From Octopus sinensis (lineage: Eukaryota): a DNA stretch of 64,000 nucleotides. Under the pieces are notes generated by a model. The model was not told the DNA's origin and made no database searches. It was given only the letters and a program-made list of their open reading frames with translations. A program made the position numbers and the translations under genes. Shown here one piece after another: positions 60,945-64,000 of this stretch (position 1 is the stretch's first letter; each line of letters opens with the position of its first letter). The stretch is from the NCBI RefSeq assembly GCF_006345805.1, contig NC_043000.1, forward strand, positions 132,742,001 through 132,806,000, in the 5' to 3' direction.

Positions 60945-61430
60945 ACAGTGCTCAGGTGCATCACAACTTGTCAGAAAGTGCATATAAAGTACATGCAGTA
61001 ATGTAAAAATGTCTGGAAAGTGAACAATGTATGAGTCAGATACATGCCTGTGTGTGTATGGAGGGGAGAAAATCAGGTGTAGTGTTGGCGAATCTCAGAA
61101 AGCATGGAAGTTTTGAAGGTTGCAGTGCTCCGACAACTAACAACTGATGCCGGCAGTTTGTTCCATGCTTCAGCAACTCTCAGCGTGAAAAAATGTTTCC
61201 TGAAGTCATGGGAGCTGTGCTGTTTTCTGACTTTGTAAATATGTCCACGGGTGTTAGATGGGTGGAGTTTGAAAAAATGCTCAGAGTTATTGTTTGTACG
61301 ATGGTTGATAATCTTTTTGTATATCTAAGATCACATTGTCCAATGTTTTCTTCCTGCTTTAAGAAAACCGAATGAGGGAATTTTAGTGTGGATAATCAAG
61401 TGATCGCATAGTAACTCCTGCACAGGCCCA
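60945..61430 (-). mobile_element. CR1 LINE 3' end
   Basis: NTRGHIYKVRKQHSSHDFRKHFFTLRVAEAWNKLPASVV, a classic CR1 C-terminus. Confidence 0.88.
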
Positions 61431-62090
61431 TATACTCCCTCTAAGGCAATATAATAGATGATAGAAGACAATCTTCATAACAACCTTCATATAAGAACTT
61501 GGTTGTAATTTCATAATACATGAAAATATTTCTTATCTTCCAAATAAAATAATAAATAAATAAATAATCCACTAAGAGATGATACAATGTAAGATGAAGA
61601 TCACTAATATAACAGACAATAAGGAACCCCCAGCTCAGTTGCTTCAACTGCTAGAAATAGTAGCTAAAGTCATATCACATATTACCATCTTGAGAATAAA
61701 GAAAGGATGTATGAGATGATGATGTCAGATGTACAAAAATATAAGTGAGTCACAGTTAGAAAGCCATTCTATAACAGGTCTGCTTGATCAGGGGCGGCTC
61801 AGGGCCACATAACAACAACCACTACTACAGTCAGAAATATCCGAAGCTGATTTGGGGCAAATATATTGTCAAAGAATACTCATCATTTTCCATTCTGGCA
61901 TTTGTTGGGCAGTTTGACTGTAGCCAGCAAGCTAGGAGAGTGTGAAGCTCCAATTTCTGCCTTAGCATGGTTTCTACAACTGGGTTCCTTTCTTAATGCC
62001 AACCACTTTTCAGAGTTTACAGGGTGCTTTTTATATGGCAGTGGCACTAGTATAAAGATGAGATTTATAAATTATGGAAAAAGTATTCAA

Positions 62091-62759
62091 TCTCTTTTAC
62101 TTGTTTGTCATGTGACTGCAGCCATGCTGGAGCACTGCCTTTAGTCGAGCAAATCGACCCTGGGACTTATTCTTTGTAAGCCTAGTACTTATTCTATCGG
62201 TCTCTTTTGCTGAACCACTAAGTAACAGGGACGTAAACACATCAGCATTGGTTGTCAAGTGATGTTGGGGGGACAAACACAGACACACAAATATATACAC
62301 ACACATAAATATATATATATACATATATGGAGGCGCAATGGCCTAGTGGTTAGGGCAGCGGACTCGCGGTCGCAGGATCGCGGTTTCGATCCCCAGACCG
62401 GGCGTTGTGAGTGTTTATTGAGCGAAAACACCTAAAAGCTCCACGAGGCTCCGGCAGGGGGTGGTGATCCCTGCTGTACTCTTTCACCACTCTTTCTTCT
62501 GTTGGCCTGCTCGCTTAGCCAGCGGGATGGCGTCATTCGAAGGCTAAAACAATGTGAACGCATTGTGACCAGCGATGTGTAACAACATCTGATGGTCTGG
62601 TCGATCACGTGATATATATATATATATGACAGGCTTCTTTCAGTTTCCGTCTACCAAATCCACTCATAAGACATTTGCCCAAGGTGCCACACAGTGGGAC
62701 TGAACCCGGAACCATGTGGTTGGTAAGCAAGCTACTTACCACATAGCCACTCCTGCGCC
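62091..62759 (-). mobile_element. Family B SINE with nested family D SINE
   Basis: Halves 62091-62328 and 62615-62759. Confidence 0.85.
62329..62613 (+). mobile_element. tRNA-derived SINE, family D
   Basis: Head GGAGGCGCAATGGCCTAGTGG (A box)...GGTTTCGATCC (B box). Related copies at 60345-60531 (-) and a 3' fragment at 51895-52045. Confidence 0.85.
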
Positions 62760-64000
62760 TTTTTTAATTTACTTTTTTGTCTAGTTCAGAAAAAAACAAC
62801 AAAAACTATTATTTGTTTCTCAACAACTTTAATTTTTACAACTTCTACAAAAATTTGACACAAAAATAATTTCTGCCTCCTCTTTTCATACAGATATCTG
62901 AGGGTTGGGGGGAAAATGTTTTACTTCATCCTTCATTTTCTTAGTTTTTTTTCAGTCAACACATTTTTATTACCTGAGCAAGTTACTTGCTAAAATAAAC
63001 ATCAGCAGAGGGCAAATAAAATCATGGAATTGAAAGACAAACATTTTTTTTTCAGGGGGGGGGGAAATAAAGAAATTTGTTAATTAACGTGACTTGCTGT
63101 TGTTTTAGCACAGTTACATATCATGCTGCAAAGACATTTTGGTAAGAGCAGAAAAGCTACGAGAATTCACTTCAGGAAGTCTTTCCTTGCATTATTCTAC
63201 AAATGTTTCAAGGTGGGTGAGTGGGAAAATTCTCTAATTATTCCATCAACTAATTTTCTGTGAATATCATTTCATACACAAATAATTTAGCTAATTAAAA
63301 GTTTTGACAGTTTAATCTTTGTCTAAAAGAATTAGGCATTGATTTTCTTTCTTTTTTTTTTTTTTTGGAGGGTTTTTTTTGTTGTTTTATTTTCCAATTT
63401 CATCAGAGTTTAGGATACTTAACAGAAAATCAAGTTGAGAGAATGTTTTGTTTTCTTTGTATTTTATTTTTATTCTATTTTTGTTTATTTATCTATTTTT
63501 TATTTTCTGAGTTTGAAAAAAAAAAAGGAAGAAAAAAAAAGAAAAGAAAGAAAAGGAAGCATTGGCCAGTTTTGTCAACCTTTACACCTTGTTTCTCAGA
63601 CTCAGCAAACTACGGATGGTACAAGCAAGAATTTAGGACACTTTGTACTGGAATTGCTACCAGTTTAACGAAACTCCACCATTTGGAAAAATATAATTTG
63701 AACAAATCATAAAAAATAAAGTGGAGTGAGCTGTCATAAACCAATATTGAAACACATAAGAAGACTGCAAATCAGTGTATTAGATTTCAACATTCAAAAT
63801 ATATAACTTAATACATGAATAAGCATTTAGAATCTATTGTTATTAAATTAATGGCATAGTCTGCTGTTGCTACGACAGTCTGAAAGTATTATCAATTGAT
63901 AATATTTTCATTTGGTTATCAGAATACATGTGTGCATGTGTTTGCATGGAACTTGCAATTAGCCCTTTTATTTTTTTCTGATATGGATATCATTCCTGGC

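Noticed and set aside
62329-62405. tRNA-like sequence with A and B boxes
   Set aside because: It is the head of a SINE continuing into a repeated body; the same applies to the other SINE heads.
63365-63712. 115-aa plus-strand ORF / possible terminal exon
   Set aside because: Half is low-complexity A/T tract and I recognise no homology; unresolved without a search.

Overview
AT-rich, repeat-dense animal DNA. The SINE, LINE and MITE families and the microsatellite load resemble an octopod cephalopod genome (inference, not database-checked). One protein-coding gene is supported: a minus-strand TFCP2/LBP-1/UBP1 (gemini-type) CP2-family transcription factor. Nine coding exons between 40257 and 758 splice in frame with GT-AG junctions into 304 codons, and the gene runs off the left edge. 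Intron 2 is about 23.5 kb, and a CpG-rich candidate promoter lies at about 40.0-41.7 kb. The rest is transposon-derived: several tRNA- and RTE-related SINE families; RTE, CR1 and R4/Dong LINE relics; a decayed Ty3/Gypsy gag-PR-RT; Penelope-like fragments; and piggyBac, mariner, Tigger, hAT, Merlin-like and Helitron elements. The most notable findings are an apparently intact type I hammerhead ribozyme inside a 98-bp inverted repeat, a second, likely inactivated hammerhead in sense with the TFCP2 pre-mRNA, candidate cassette exons at the position of the vertebrate LBP-1b insert, and CpG domains that hint at additional transcription upstream. No rRNA, true tRNA gene or CRISPR array is supported. 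SINE and LINE boundaries are approximate; exon and TIR/TSD boundaries were read directly.
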